Source: Eledone cirrhosa (Eukaryota). Taken from it: a stretch of DNA of 64,000 nt. Every line of letters begins with the position of its first letter. Position 1 is the stretch's first letter. The notes below the pieces were generated by a model that made no database searches, was not told the origin of the DNA, and saw only the letters and a list, made by a program, of their open reading frames with translations. The stretch covers positions 81,840,001 to 81,904,000 of the forward strand of contig OZ024746.1 of assembly GCA_964016885.1 (NCBI GenBank). Direction: 5' to 3'. A program made the translations under genes and the position numbers. Of this stretch, positions 26,641 to 40,448 are shown in pieces.

Positions 26641-28504
26641 TACCTATAAACTAACTAATGCATCAAATAGTTTGATTTCCTGATTGCATGCATGTCCCTT
26701 AATTCCTGAAGGAGTCATAGGGGTGCCACATTGACATACAGCATTTCTTGGGCATTTTAACCCTGGCAGAGCCCATCCCTCTCCAGGCCTGAGTATAGCA
26801 GATTTTTTCCAGAGAGAGGAACAATCGACCATAGTACTAGACTGGTACTTTTTTTACTGACCTTGAAAGGATGAAAAGCAAAGTTGACTTCAGAGGGATT
26901 TGAACTCAGAGAGCTAGAACGAATACCATAAAGCATTCTATCCAACATTCTAACGACTCTTCCAATTCGCCTTATATCAGAATGGAGACAGTAAAAACCA
27001 GTTATACCATTACTCATGAGAGTACTCGATACTTGGGGTAGTAGAGTGGATAATAAGAAAATTAAAGACCCCGGCAGCTATATATATATATATATATATA
27101 CCCTTGCAAGCAGGGAAAAGTGGACGTAAAATGATGATATATATATATAGTAATATCAAGAGCAGTCGTGGTGGAGGTGGCAATAATAGGAGAGAAAATA
27201 TGCTACTGTATTATATCACCAGCAATATTTTAATATAATAATCGTCATCAATAACAACAGTCATGATGTCTGTCTGTAATTAGAGGCAGGGGAAAGCTGT
27301 TCAAATAACCATTTTATGTAGAAACAGTGAAGTTGTCTTCTAAATAGTAGAGTTAGCGTTGACAATTGTGGTAGTGATATTTGTAGGTAATGTTGTTGGT
27401 GGTCTGTTAGAGTGGATAAAGCATGCCCAAATGTTTAAGAGTTTCATATCTCTGAATCATTAGGTCCTGTGTTCAATACCACTCTGTGGAATCTTGGGCA
27501 AGTGCCATTTACCATATCCTTGGAACAATCTATACCTTGTGAGTGAAAGTGGATAGACAGAAACTGTTTGGAAACCTGTTAGATGGACTCTACTGTAATT
27601 CAAAGGGCCAAAAGGTGGAATTGATAGAAACTCCAAATAAATAGAATGTTTTATAAGATATGGTGTGTGTGTGTGGGGGGGGGGGGATCATTTGGTTAAT
27701 GAGAGAGAAAAGAGGGGAAAAGAGAGATAAAGTCAAAGTGGAAATAAGTGAGAGGGAGATGGATGAGAAAGAAATAGAAGAGTAAGATTTAGCAAAGTAG
27801 GAAAGGAGAGTGAAATGAGAAGCATGCCTGTGAAGGAGGTGAATGTGGGTAGGTGGCTGACTAAGTCCTATTGGCCCTACCTAATATAAACAGCAAAATG
27901 ACAACTTGATACTAATCAAGCTTTTGTTTGTTTTAGACAGGAGTTAGTGGTAGCAGAGGGAGGGAAAAGAGAGAGAAAAGGGAAGGAAGAGAAAGGAGGG
28001 AAGAGAGGCAGTATTTTCTGTGTTTATGTATGTGTATGAGGGTGAGGGGTGGCATAACCTCCAAATCCACAAGTCTACCACTGGTTATATCAAGTTATAA
28101 CCAGTCAACCATTAAGGAGATAAACTAGAGTATATTTGAAACTCTCTTCCTTCCCATACACCCAAGCCCTCAAATAATTTACATGAAACATTTCCCTATT
28201 ACTGGTGCCATGCTTAAATGCATGGCATATTCTGTAGTGCAGAAACATGCTTAAGCAAAATGAGATTATAGTCCATCTGAGAGATCAGTGGTTCCAATTA
28301 AGTATTGACATGGTTTATGATGACCTATCCAACCCTTACTAGCAGGGTAGCAAGGAAAATGGATGTTAAATGGTGATTATATTTATAAGATGTAGGAAGC
28401 TCGGATGCAGAAAATAACTGCAATTACAGCCAGTTGTTATAAAATAGCTTATAAAAATCAGGCAAAGACCCTTAGAGATGGAAAAATGTTGCTAGTGGCC
28501 ACTA

Positions 28505-28570
28505 TAAAGTATCGAACTCCGTATTTCTCAGATAACTGCTAGGTTCTCTAACCATTGAGCTAAGGGACTC
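28505..28570 (-). mobile_element. tRNA-derived SINE head of a third family, between ~57-bp direct repeats
   Basis: Reverse complement gagtcccttagctcaatggttagagaac...ggagttcgata has A- and B-box-like motifs. Confidence 0.45.
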
Positions 28571-31500
28571 CTGACAACATCTTACTATCAAAATAAGGAG
28601 CTGAATCAAACAGCTTTTGAAAATATAAACAAAAGTTGTGTGTGAAGCTCGAATTTTCAAATTTAAAACATACTGAGGAAATAAATTTACATGAAGATGT
28701 ACGAAGCTCAGATACAGAAAATAACTGCAATTATAGTCAGTTGCTATAATTCATCCCGTGGGATGATAAATAAAACCCATGAAAGGGTGGAGGAACTCAT
28801 GAGAGTTAATCTGTTATTATTAGACTATTTTACATTCTGAGTTCAAATCATGCCAAGGTTAATTTTGCCTTTCATCCTTACGGTGTCGATAAAATAAAGC
28901 ACCAGTAATTGCTGGCCTTGTGCCAAATGTAGAAACAATTATTAGACTATTTTATTCAATCACAGTTACAGAGATCTTCTAATTCAATTTTCGAATTCCA
29001 CTTACTGTTTCCTAAACATATATGCTTTCTTAATTTTTAATTAATTTTTTAAACAAATATTCAGGATCAAAATATCTTGTAGTTCTAAAAATAATCAACA
29101 TAGGGGAGTTCCAGATAATATTTCAATACGGAGTTAGTTTTAGTATATATAGGACTGGAAATCCTTCGGTTTAAGGACTATATATGAGTTGAGTAGTGAG
29201 AGTAGATTACTCCAATTTTATTTTTTCAAAGATGAGCAGAGATTGTGTATGTTTTAAATGCTACTTAGTTACTCAATTACATCTTTTATTAACAAGAAAC
29301 ACCCACAATGACCTTTCACACAAAGCCTCACCCAAAACCACTCCTTCTAGGTCAGTAAAATAACATTCTGTAAGCTAATCTGTATATCAGAGAGGGTTAA
29401 CCCAGCTCCTATTTATCAACATTAACCAAAGATTAAAGGACACACCTGTCACTGTCAGCTATCTGATAACATGTGACACAGGATCAGTTTTCAAAACAAG
29501 TTAGTCGCCAATATATATAGAGGGACATTATACAAAAGCTGGTCTTATGGAAATACTGTAGAATATTTCGCTGGTTTTATTGCTAGTTTTCTTCAGGTTT
29601 TATATCAATTTTGATTTTCTGCCTTAAATTGAACAAACAAATTTCTACTTTTAAAACCTTAACGTATTATACACACACAAATTATATGATTACATTAGAG
29701 TTAAGGACCAACCTAATCCCCACTAACTTTAGAATCTTGATTGCAACTATGTCACTTCGTTGACATAATAACCAAGAGGATAAATAAGGCACAACACTTC
29801 TAGTTCATTAGGTTAAGACTTCAAATCTGCAGAAACTGTATGTTGTACCAGTTCAGCTGCATGTGAAAAACAGTTGGCTTTTATAAAAAGAAAATTTACC
29901 TGCCATACATAGACTAACTAGTTATACCAAGTGACTATTTAACCCATTCATAGTGCATTTTAATGAAATAAACTGTATTTGAATTAGCTAATGAAGAACT
30001 TGAAGGGATTTACAAAAATTATTAACTATTTCATTAAGATGGTAACATAAAATATGATTCCTAAATAAAGTTATGTTTGAGGATTTTAATTTATATAGGA
30101 ATCCTTTAAAATGGGTGATGTTTCATTGAGCCAGAAGCAATTTTGGGTAGACTGGTATGATAAAGGTTATACCATGTATTTACTGTTGAAGAAACAAGAG
30201 TTATGCACAGTCTCCATAGACCCTTGTGATATGACAAGAGATTAACTTGTTTGTGTTCTTCACAATACTAATGCTATTTGATTGAAAAAAAAAGAAAAAA
30301 AAGACTATGCTTGTCACAATTTCTTTTAGGTTATAGACAATAGGTTGGAAATGGTCATGATCTACTAAACTGAATTACTTTTGTTACTACATGGAGATAT
30401 ACATATTTAGTGAGATCCAGACAACACAAAGGTTATGGGAAATAGATCTACAGAAGCACTGAAATGAGAAGGACGAAACCTGAAATAGCTCACATGAGAC
30501 ATTTACTACATAAATACATAAGTATTAAGATAATTTCACAGTAGTGATTTCTTAGATACAATATTAAAGTTCATATGGGAAGGGTAATCAAAACATTAAT
30601 TAACTCAGGTGTTTTACTAGTTTTAGTCACTTGTTTTATCACTGCTGAATGAATAAAAAACAAAGTCATTCTTAGCAAAATGAAGAGGCAAGACTAAATT
30701 GCAATGTTTTACCAGTATTCTATGATTTCTGCTGCAGACTGAAGACTAGGATTTCTTTTCAGGGTCAAAATGTTTTTGGCCTGATCCTCTTCAAAACTCA
30801 AGTAGAGACGCCTTTCAGTCACGAATGACCATGGGTTTTGCACCTAGAATGTTCCCCTTCAAGGCACAAAATCTGGGCAAAGTTTTTGTAGAAGACCAGC
30901 AGTCGCCCATGCGAACCAGCCTTCCCTCTCCATGCCACCAATGTTGTCCAACGAAAAGGCAAAGGCTGATACAGCTTGGTACCAGTGATGTTGCAACTCC
31001 TCTCTACATTTGAGTAAACTGGAGTAACATGAAATAAAGTGTCTTACTGAAGGACACAACACACCACTTGGTCTGGGAATCAAACTCACAACCCGACAAC
31101 TATAAGCTCAACACTTTAATCACTAAAAAGAAAGAAAAAAATAGGAAGAGCACATTGGATAATGTAGGCATAGATATACAAAATGATGGAATGACCATGG
31201 AAGGTAGTGAATTAGAAGAGTCATTAAAGCATTGGATTAAACATGCCTTGGTTTTTTGTTCCAGCTTACTACACTCCCAGGTCAATTTACCTTTTAACCT
31301 TTTATTATTGATAAATAAAGTACCAGTCCAATACAGGGGTAATTTCTTCTGTTATTTCTTTTTCACTTCTTTGGAAGAAATCAGCTGTTGTATCCTCTCA
31401 GCACAGCAGTCCTATGACTTCACCAGGAGTTTAAAGGTCCTTTTTAAAGAAGATCATGGATGAAGCAGCTTTGATTAAAAACCTTCTTGATAAAGACTAA

Positions 31501-33098
31501 CCTAGGTTTTAAACAACATGGGTAACTGCCCAGCAGATTTCTTATCTCACTTCTACCCCATGTTTTATGCAAGTTAATGCAGCACATTCAATGTATTCTG
31601 AAATATTTCAGTGGTTTCAACGATGAGCATTCCAGTTATTCAACAAATGGAACAACCTGCTCATGAAATGAACGTGTTGAGAATTTCAGAATAACATGTA
31701 CTCATAATGTACTTCTCTGGGAGATTCAGCATGACAGTGTGTGACAAGGCTGGACCTTTGAATTGCAGGTACAGTCCATCTGACAAGCTTCCAAACTGTT
31801 TCTGTCTCTACAATTTCACTCACAAGGCATGAATTGACATGAGGCTATGATAAATGATACTTGTTCAAGATATCATGCAGTAGGATCAAACCCAGAACCT
31901 AAAAGTTATAAAGTGAACTTGTTAACCCTTCAACCATGCTGCATCCATCAATAGTTGTACATAAAAATCTGAATGCTGAAGACGAAGTATAAACCACTAC
32001 ATGTATAATAATAACCCAAGGAATAGACACGACTTTAACAAACATATAACGAAGGCAGAATGAAATATAAAAAGACTGCCGAAAGTGAGTACAATTATAG
32101 ATTATTTTATTTATAAAATAGTTTGTTTTTGTTTTTCTGAAAAGAAATAACTATTTAGAGACAAATGTGAGGTTAGAACCCAAGACTTGTGATGAGAAAG
32201 CAAACTATGTTGTAGCAACATGATTGAAATAGGAAATGCATTGTGTGTATGTGTGTAAACATTTTAAATAGTCGCAGACGGATTATTTATATATATAAAA
32301 ACGCGCGGCGTATTACTATGGCTGAAGGATTGTTATTTTTATAAACAATAAACAAAAAGCAAAAATTTACAAGGGGGACTACCTAAAATCTATGAAAGAT
32401 TTACCTCCCCTGTTAAAACTTTAGTCGGATTCTGTCTTTGTCTTTGTTCAATATTTAAATTCTTAAGTATATTTTTCATGTTTATTGATAATATTTCAAA
32501 AGAAACTAATTCAATGTGATATGGTATGACAAAGCGAAATGTCTGGATATAGCGAGCTAATATTTATACAATATTACTCTACTCACCAACATATAAATAT
32601 CACTGAAAATAAGCATAATCCTATTTTAATGTTTCAAGTGAAACAGAACTATGCTTGAAAATACATTAAATTCTACCAATAAGAATATAATTACCATTCC
32701 TCCCTTAACTGTTCCTTTTGTAGTACAAAGACTAAAGATGATTTAAGTAGTAATTACAGACGGATGAAATATTCTGCAAGGTACAGAAAAAGACTGTAGT
32801 AGAGTTCTCTCTAAATCCTAACAGAAACAGATGCTAGGCAGGGTCAGGCTTTCACCTCCTGAGACCCTTCTCTAAAACAATTTTTAAATAATCATACATG
32901 ATTATTTTTTATATTAATGTTAATGATAAAGAATAAATAATATATACACATATATATATGATTTTTGATGATTTAGTGTTAAAGAATAAAAACTAATGAT
33001 AAAATATATTTTTTAAAATGAGGCCCCCAGAGTATGTGCTCTAAGCTATAGCTTATTTACCTTGTAAGTAAGTCCAGCACTGATACTAGCTGCTTTAA

Positions 33099-33319
33099 CC
33101 CTTTAGCATTTAAGCCGGCCATATCTGGAGAGAATTCTCTCATCCCTTTCTGTTCAAACCGGCTGTAACTGGCCACTCATAGTGACATTAAGGTATTGTT
33201 CTGAAAATAAATAATATCAAAATCTCGTAGATTCGATATCATTTGAGATAATTATGTGAAATAAAGCCTTTACCATGAAAATACAATAGTAAATATAGAG
33301 TAATGTAAATGCTAAAGGG
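33099..33319. mobile_element. piggyBac-like MITE
   Basis: TTAA|ccctttagcattta ... taaatgctaaaggg|TTAC: 14-bp TIR with CCC/GGG ends. Confidence 0.8.
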
Positions 33320-33624
33320 TTACTAAAAAAAGATTCCAGTAGAAATTAAGAGGAACTCTAATATGTAGAGATTCCAGTACGACTTCTATTCAGAAATATG
33401 TTGCTACACTAGATATCAATAAAATCTAGTGTCAATAAGTTTAGTTGGTCTGAGTCGATTTTTGACACCAATAAACCTGTTATCACAGTTAATAAGTGAA
33501 AATAAGTAATATTTTTATGCTCTATTACAATATTTTAGAAGTATTACTCTATTATGTGTTCCAGCCAATAGGCTGAGGTCATGCTGTAATATTTTTAGGA
33601 ATATCAGTATCACCTATTTTACAG

Positions 33625-33810
33625 GCAAAACCAACCGGCAGAAGACCCAGGGGTAGAACTCGAGCAAGGTGGTTGGATAACATCCATGAGCTCAGCCGGT
33701 CTTGCTTGGAGATCCAGCCAAAACAATTGGAGGCAGTTGTGACAGGACCTGCTGGAAGACATGTCTAAGGACTGTCACCAGACCAGAAATTAGTGGACGA
33801 AGAAGAAACA
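33625..33810 (+). mobile_element. 3' end of the RTE LINE family seen at 9350-10175
   Basis: AKPTGRRPRGRTRARWLDNIHEL; ends in gaagaagaa. Confidence 0.7.
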
Positions 33811-34279
33811 TCACCTATGTTGTTGCCGATTGTGAGTGATATCGTATTTAATTTAGAAGTTTCCCTTCATATCTGAAGTTATTTCAGAGACAAATGGTAG
33901 AACCACACACACATACACACTTTCATAAACAGTCCAGCACGATAATGGAATAATAAAAAAGAAAGTACAGACATAATAAAGGATGGTAATGTATGTTATT
34001 ATCTTTGAAATCTAACATTAGAAAGAAAACTCAAATCATCACTACCCCAATGATACCAACTCAGAAAATGCAGAACCCCAGGTATAAACTTCCTTGGGGT
34101 CCTGGCAGACAAAATGGAGAAAGTGGTACCTCAGAGTATAGTAAGGGGGACGCATTAAAATAGCCATTCCAACTCACAGCGCTGGCTCATACATGTAACC
34201 AACTTCGACCAAATAACAGTAAGTAGGGAGGTGGTATATGTAAAGACTTATTTTGGAACACATGTAAAATATAGCTGTG

Positions 34280-34885
34280 GTGCGGCCACACTTTGAATGT
34301 GCATCACCAGTCTGGAACCTCTATCTTGCTCAGAACATTAAACCGCCTGGAAACTGTTCAGAGACATGCAACCAAGCGAATACCCTCCATCAGGCATCTA
34401 CCATACTCTGAACGCCTTGCTTCCCTGGGCATGGATCATTTGAAGCTCTGACATCTGGCAACTGACTTGGTAAACACCCACAAAATTATTAACCATCTTG
34501 CCAACAACAACCCTGAGCACCTTTTTGATTTCCATGTCTAACACACGTGGGCATGCCAACAAAGCCAGAAAACAGCACAGCTCCCATGACTTTTGGAAAC
34601 ATTTTTTCACGCTCAGAATTGCTGAAGCATGGAACAAACTACCTGCATCAGTTATTAGCTGTCGAGACACTGCATCCTTTAAAACCTCCATGCTTCCTGA
34701 GATTCGCCAACAGTATACCTGATATCTCCCCTCCATACACACTCACAAATCTATTTCATGACTCGTACACTGTTCATTTTCCTAACATTTATACATTATT
34801 CTATATACTATACATGCACCTTTGATGAGTTGCAGTGCACCTGAGCACTGGACACAATAATTTCATTATTATTATTATGATTATT
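34280..34885 (+). pseudogene. 3' fragment of a CR1-group LINE with a (TTA)n tail
   Basis: ASPVWN...LETVQRHATKRIP...YSERL...TRGH...FFTLRIAEAWNKLP; tail ttcattattattattat. Confidence 0.85.
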
Positions 34886-36051
34886 ACTACTATTATTTGA
34901 TGGTGGTGGGTGGATTGGCAGAATCATTAGAGCACCAGACAATATACTTTGTGGTATTTAGTTATGGCTATTTAAATTCTCAAATTAACTCTTATTGAGG
35001 TCAGCTTTGCCTTTCATCCATCTGTGGTTAAAATAAAATATCAATTGATATATTAAAAATAAAAACTATTAAGTGAATGTTCAGACATAAGAAAAAACGA
35101 AACAAAGGAGAGTTATTCCCCTTAGACAGATTATATTAAACGCCATTTTCACACGGTGTTGCTTAACATCAGAACACCCCTGATCGATCCGTCTTTTGGT
35201 GGGTATGTGAGTAACGTGTCTTTTCCATAAATGAAACAGTGTGATTTAAGTAAAATTTTACTGCCATTTCTAGCAAGACCTAGAACAATATGTAGACGTT
35301 CCATTTTTGGTCCTCATGAAATGCTGGACTGACATTACAACAAGGTAATGGTTAAAGAATCTATTAACGAAGATAAAATAATAGATTGATTTTGGCACAA
35401 GGCCAGCAATTTGGGGGAGAAGGGAAAGTTGATTATATTGATGCCAATATTTGACTGGTAATTTATTTTATCGATCTCAGAAGGATGAAAAGTAAAGTTG
35501 ACCGTAGCGGGAGTTGAACACAATGTAAAATGCCGGAACAAATTATGCTATTTATTTGTGATGATGATTTAAAGTACAAGACATACAATTTTGGGGGAGG
35601 GGAAAGTCGATTAAATCGACCCTCAGTACATTACTGGTGCTTTATTTATCGACTCTAAGGATGAAAGGCAAAGCTAACCGTGACGGGATTTGAACTCAGA
35701 ACGTAATGGGCCGTATAGTCCAAGTAATTAGACATGACAAACTCGTCTCCTTGAACAATACTAAAACACAACCACTACTAGATACCAAAGGGACAATTTT
35801 GCAGTACTACTCCCTCTAGAGCAGAGGTTCTCAAAGTGACGCTACGTTGGGATTACTAAACAATAAATATGAAGATATATTTTTTTCTCATAATTATTTT
35901 TCAAAATATCTATATTTTATATTTAAAATATCAAAATTGTAATAATAATAGAATTTAGAAATGAAAATCTGTCAATCTTGAAACGCTTCAGGATAAACAA
36001 TATATTCATTGTATAATGTTTTGTTGGTGTTCAAATGAATAAATTGTTGCT

Positions 36052-36248
36052 GCTTTCAACTCGTGAGCAACCAACATAGTGTTGACTTGGGAGAAACATG
36101 TAGTAGAGAGATCAAGTCCAACTACCTTGAGAGATTGACCCTCAGATTTGTTAATTGAAATAACAAAACTTAGTTTGACTGGAAACTGAAGCCTCTTAAA
36201 TTCAAATGGACCAGATGTAGGTATGAGAGGAATTTTTAGAATGAAGAC
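36052..36248 (-). pseudogene. Helitron Pif1-type helicase C-terminal relic (absent from the ORF track)
   Basis: VFILKIPLIPTSGPFEFKRLQFPVKLSFVISINKSEGQSLKVVGLDL..CFS, frameshift, then QHYVGCSRV; matches the Pif1 motifs QFP..TINKSQGQ and GQLYVA.SRV. Confidence 0.85.
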
Positions 36249-36847
36249 ACTTTTTTTTTCAATATTGTAAACAAATAAGTATCAACATCCAAAAGAAATA
36301 TATATTAATCTCTATTTTTGTATGTAAATTAACCAAATTTAAGCAAATGTAGTAACTGCTAATTTAACGGTATGAGAATATAAATATAAACGAACAGACA
36401 CACATACACTCACACAAGCATACACTTATAAAAATAAAAAAAACACGGATATATATTCATAGAAACACACACAAACATACTCTTATAAAAAAAAAAACAC
36501 TCACAGACATACATTCATACAAACACACATAGTTTTACCCACAGAGAGACACACATAGTCACACTAACTTATACAAAACACACACATACATACGTTCATA
36601 CAAACACACACAGCCCCATCCCCAGCGTTTGTTATGTCAGTCGTCACAGAAATGTATGTATACTCACACACACATACTTGTCAGTCATCATATGTGTAGA
36701 TGTGTGAGTGTGTTTAATTCTCTGCGTATCTGATTAAATATTTACGTGAAGATGTGTGTGGATGTAATGAACGCACAAACACACACTCATATACAAAATG
36801 TGACGTCGTTGTCGTGTTCAAAAATGTCCGTTTATTATAGTTGACTA

Positions 36848-37128
36848 CTAGCAGAATGGCCCGGCGTTGCTCGGGATTTGCTCTAGGGTTCTTATATATT
36901 TGATATATATTTATCCTTATCGAGCCTCCTGAAATAAATACGTTTGTTTATATTTTGTTATTGTGTATGCAAAAATATCTGTACATATAACAGATTAAAG
37001 TTTAAGCAAAGAATCGTTGCTTTCACCCTTAATCTTCTGAAACTAAGAAAATCAATTTGTGAACGCAGAAGTAAATATTTCGAAAAACGTTACACACTAA
37101 ATATATATATATATATATATATAGTAGA
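36848..37128 (-). mobile_element. Non-autonomous Helitron, ~280 bp
   Basis: Minus strand begins TCTACTATATA and ends with hairpin cccgagcaacgccggg, 8 nt, then CTAG followed by T. Confidence 0.7.
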
Positions 37129-37285
37129 ATAATCGAGTATCGAAAAATCGGCGCACGAGTTCACGATAAACAAAATTCGAGATGAGCGGCAGAGGGCTCC
37201 ATAATTCAAATAAATCAGAGCTATAACTATCGTTAAAATACCGTCACACGTAGAATATGTCTAAGGCAACATAGCTAACTTATTC

Positions 37286-38494
37286 ATGGTATGGTGGGAC
37301 AGTAGACTTAAACAAAAACTTAATGAACAATTAGAAGACAGCTTAACCCTGATAATGTACTCCCGCTACGTAGATGATATAAACATCGTAGTTAAGACAC
37401 CCCCACTAAAGAACAGTCAGGAACTAGAGAAAAACACAATGGAAAGCATCCAGCAAATAGCAAACTCCATCCACCAGAGCATTAGAGTTACTATAGACTA
37501 CCCAAGTAGACACCCCAACCATCGATTACCTGTACTAGACACAGAGCTCTGGTTAGATACAATTAACCAAAAACAAATCCTCCATTCCCATTATGCCAAA
37601 CCCATGACTTCCAAACATCTGATCCACCGAAACTCGGCCATTTCGGACCATACCAAAATCAACATACTGATTGCGGATTTGGTACGGGTGATGAGAAATG
37701 TGTCCCGCATGTGCAACCCCGAAGAACTAGAGAGACACATACAACACTTCATCCACCGTATGCAGTTCTCTGGCTACAATCAGAGAGATAGAATCAGAGT
37801 GTATAAAGGAGCCAGAACCAAATGGGAAAAAATGGTAAATAATGACATAAATGGGACCTGCCCCTTGTATAGGAGCAAATTTTGGAATAGAATAGAAAGA
37901 ACTAGGAACAAGGCCAATAGAATAAACTCATGGTATGATAGCAATAAATACCAGAGTGTAATGTTCATCAATACAACCCCTAGAGGCGAACTAGCCTACA
38001 AATTTAGAAGGGCCCTAAAGAAACATAATCTCAATATTAAGATAGTAGAAAGACCTGGTACCTCCGTAAAAACACTTATTAGCAAGACATACCCGTTCCA
38101 AAGACCCTCATGTATAGATAAGAAATGTATAACCTGTAAAATAAGCCCCCATATTAACTGTAAAACTAGAAATGTAGTATATAGCATAAGATGTACTGAA
38201 GGACAATGTAGAAACAAAAATATAGTGTACATAGGTGAGACAGCTCGTAGTATAGGGGAACGAATAAATGAACACTGGCGAGACCTCCAAGATAATAAAG
38301 AATCATCTGTGCTCTACCAACATGCTAAGATAGAACACAGGGGTAAATTAGAGAGCATAGAAATAAAAATAGAATCCACACACAAGAAAGACGCAATGTT
38401 TAGGCAAATTACAGAGGCAGTAAGCATAAAAGAATTAAAACCAAAATTAAATAGAAAATATGAGTGGAACAGCAACATCACCACTTACAATTAA
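37286..38494 (+). CDS. Penelope-like RT (C-terminal half, RYVDD) + Cys-rich linker + GIY-YIG endonuclease; the start is an internal Met of a truncated ORF
   Basis: (GNIANLF)MVWWD, YSRYVDD, LPVLD, YAKPM, FSGY, CxxxxCxxC, NVVYSIRC...VYIGETARS...RINEH, RQITEA...LNRK; 402 aa without stops. Confidence 0.9.
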   Translation: MVWWDSRLKQKLNEQLEDSLTLIMYSRYVDDINIVVKTPPLKNSQELEKNTMESIQQIANSIHQSIRVTIDYPSRHPNHRLPVLDTELWLDTINQKQILHSHYAKPMTSKHLIHRNSAISDHTKINILIADLVRVMRNVSRMCNPEELERHIQHFIHRMQFSGYNQRDRIRVYKGARTKWEKMVNNDINGTCPLYRSKFWNRIERTRNKANRINSWYDSNKYQSVMFINTTPRGELAYKFRRALKKHNLNIKIVERPGTSVKTLISKTYPFQRPSCIDKKCITCKISPHINCKTRNVVYSIRCTEGQCRNKNIVYIGETARSIGERINEHWRDLQDNKESSVLYQHAKIEHRGKLESIEIKIESTHKKDAMFRQITEAVSIKELKPKLNRKYEWNSNITTYN

Positions 38495-38803
38495 GGACAA
38501 AATGAAAACACACACACACATAGAACAAACAACTTACAATTGAAAACACACACAAAATGAAAACACACACAAGACAAAATGAAAACACACACACACATAG
38601 AACAAACAACCAACCAACAATAAATAAATAAATAAATAAATAAACAAATAGAAAAATATAAATAGAAAAATAGAAAAATGAACACAAACACACACAGACA
38701 CCCGGATGTGGCGCATGCGCAAACTGAGCACGCAACCCACACACAAACAAAATGGCGTAGGATAGAAGAAAGGAAAGGCACAGAAACGAAGAAAGAAATC
38801 CCC

Positions 38804-38848
38804 AGTCACTGAAGAGGTCACAGAGTGTGTGACGAAAGAACTATGACT
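38804..38848 (+). ncRNA. Minimal type-I hammerhead ribozyme in the Penelope 3' region
   Basis: AGTCA-CTGAAGA-G-GTCACA(GAGTG)TGTGAC-GAAA-GAAC-TA-TGACT; stem I AGTCA/TGACT; predicted cleavage after CUA at 38843. Confidence 0.8.
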
Positions 38849-39444
38849 ATATATATATAAACAACTATCTGGTTGTGGAACCAACCAACCAACCAGAAAT
38901 TTATAAATTTGTAAATTTATAAATATATAATAAATTAAATTGAAGTGAAAGCAACTGGTGCGTGTGTTTCTTATTGGCAACATGACCCTCCCAAAGTATA
39001 ACAATATCGGTTTCAACACACGATTTCAGATAAAGAATCTTGCTAAACAAATTCAGAAACGATATATCTACATATATACACACATACACTGATCGCGTCA
39101 TAATGACGTAATGCAGACAGCCAGACATATTATAAGGGCGCAACGTTATATCTATGTATCTATCTAAAAAGAAAGACTAGGAATTATAGAGAGATATCGC
39201 TAAATCGCCCAATGCGGTCCCTAGGGCATGAATATAACAACTCATTTTCTCTTAATCAAACTGCATCTAATTTCCATTTAGTTGTTAGAGAGACAAAAGC
39301 AAAAATTAACAATACAAAAGAGACTATTTTGTTTTGTTATTATAGAATTGTTTTTTTGTTGTTTATTATTCATGCTGTTCATTTTCGTGTTTGTTGGGGG
39401 TTCCATAGATTTCGCTTTTGTCTGTGAATTAGAAAAAAAAATAC

Positions 39445-39630
39445 TTGTTTCTACTTTAGGCACAAGGCCAGCAATTACCCAGTTCATTAGTCGTACTTTA
39501 TTTTATCGACCCCGTAAGGATGAAAGGCAAAGTCAACCTCGGCGGGATTTGAACTCAGATCGTAAAGGGACGTAACTATGCTTGAAAGCATGGCGTCCGA
39601 CCCTCTACCGATAGTGCCAATCCACCGCCC
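39445..39630 (-). mobile_element. SINE family A, CpG-intact copy; similar copy at 41103-41295
   Basis: Full-length match to the family. Confidence 0.9.
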
Positions 39631-40390
39631 TTATAATTAGAAGAAAAAAAATACTAGCTGCTGTTTAGCCCCAAGTAGCGGACGGCCGCCAGAAGAAATG
39701 ATACTAACTGCGAATTGATGAAAGCCGAAGTAGAGTGCTAAACTTAAAGAATGCCCACTTCTAACCTATATGAACCTTCTTTAATTCAATGCACGGTTTT
39801 TCCAACAACATTTGCTACTTTTTGGAACTCCTTTCTAGTTAACGTTTTCTTTACAGGTATTAATTAATCTACAAATGTTTTAACTGAAAATCGACTACAT
39901 CAACCTCACCAGACAGGTCAAAGATCATATCTACCGCCCGGCATTTTGTTTAAAAGAGTGTTATTTGTACGTTAAATTTGCGTGTGTATATGTAGCAATA
40001 CTGTATTTCTTTATTTAAGTTAATTATTAACAAAGACCGGTGATAAGAATTTTTTTTTTTTTAATAAAATGCACAAAAGAAAATTTTCACCTCGTCATAT
40101 CTTCCAGAAAAGTTTATAAACGTTTTATACACAGATACAATTGCAAACAAATGTTACTTTAAATGCATATTATAGATTCAAATTTACAAGTGGTAAGTTG
40201 CTTCGGTATCCAAAGAGTAAACAAAATAAGTTTCGCTCCTAATATACAAAGAACAATCGAAATATCGTGCTGTTTTTAGTCACTACAAGCATAGATAAGG
40301 GTCATAAACATTCATATTTTAAAAGAAATAAAAGAAAATTAAACTTTATATATTTAATGTAAATAAATATAAGAATCATTTCTAATTTAC

Positions 40391-40448
40391 CCAAAAGAAG
40401 TCCGTCCATATCAAATATCACATGTGTTACTGCCTTGTACTGCGACAT
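40391..40448 (-). CDS. PUDP: First coding exon of a pseudouridine-5'-phosphatase (HDHD1/PUDP-like HAD hydrolase)
   Basis: MSQYKAVTHVIFDMDGLLL+G followed by a GTAAAT donor (phase 1); HAD motif I DxDGxL; compare human PVTHLIFDMDGLLLD. Later exons not recognised in the window. Confidence 0.85.

Larger units (their letters stand above)
37265..39007 (+). mobile_element. 5'-truncated Penelope-like retroelement with a hammerhead-bearing 3' region
   Basis: RT + GIY-YIG ORF, then a 3' region with aaaatgaaaacacacac repeats and a hammerhead; terminus shared with 432-790. Confidence 0.9.
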
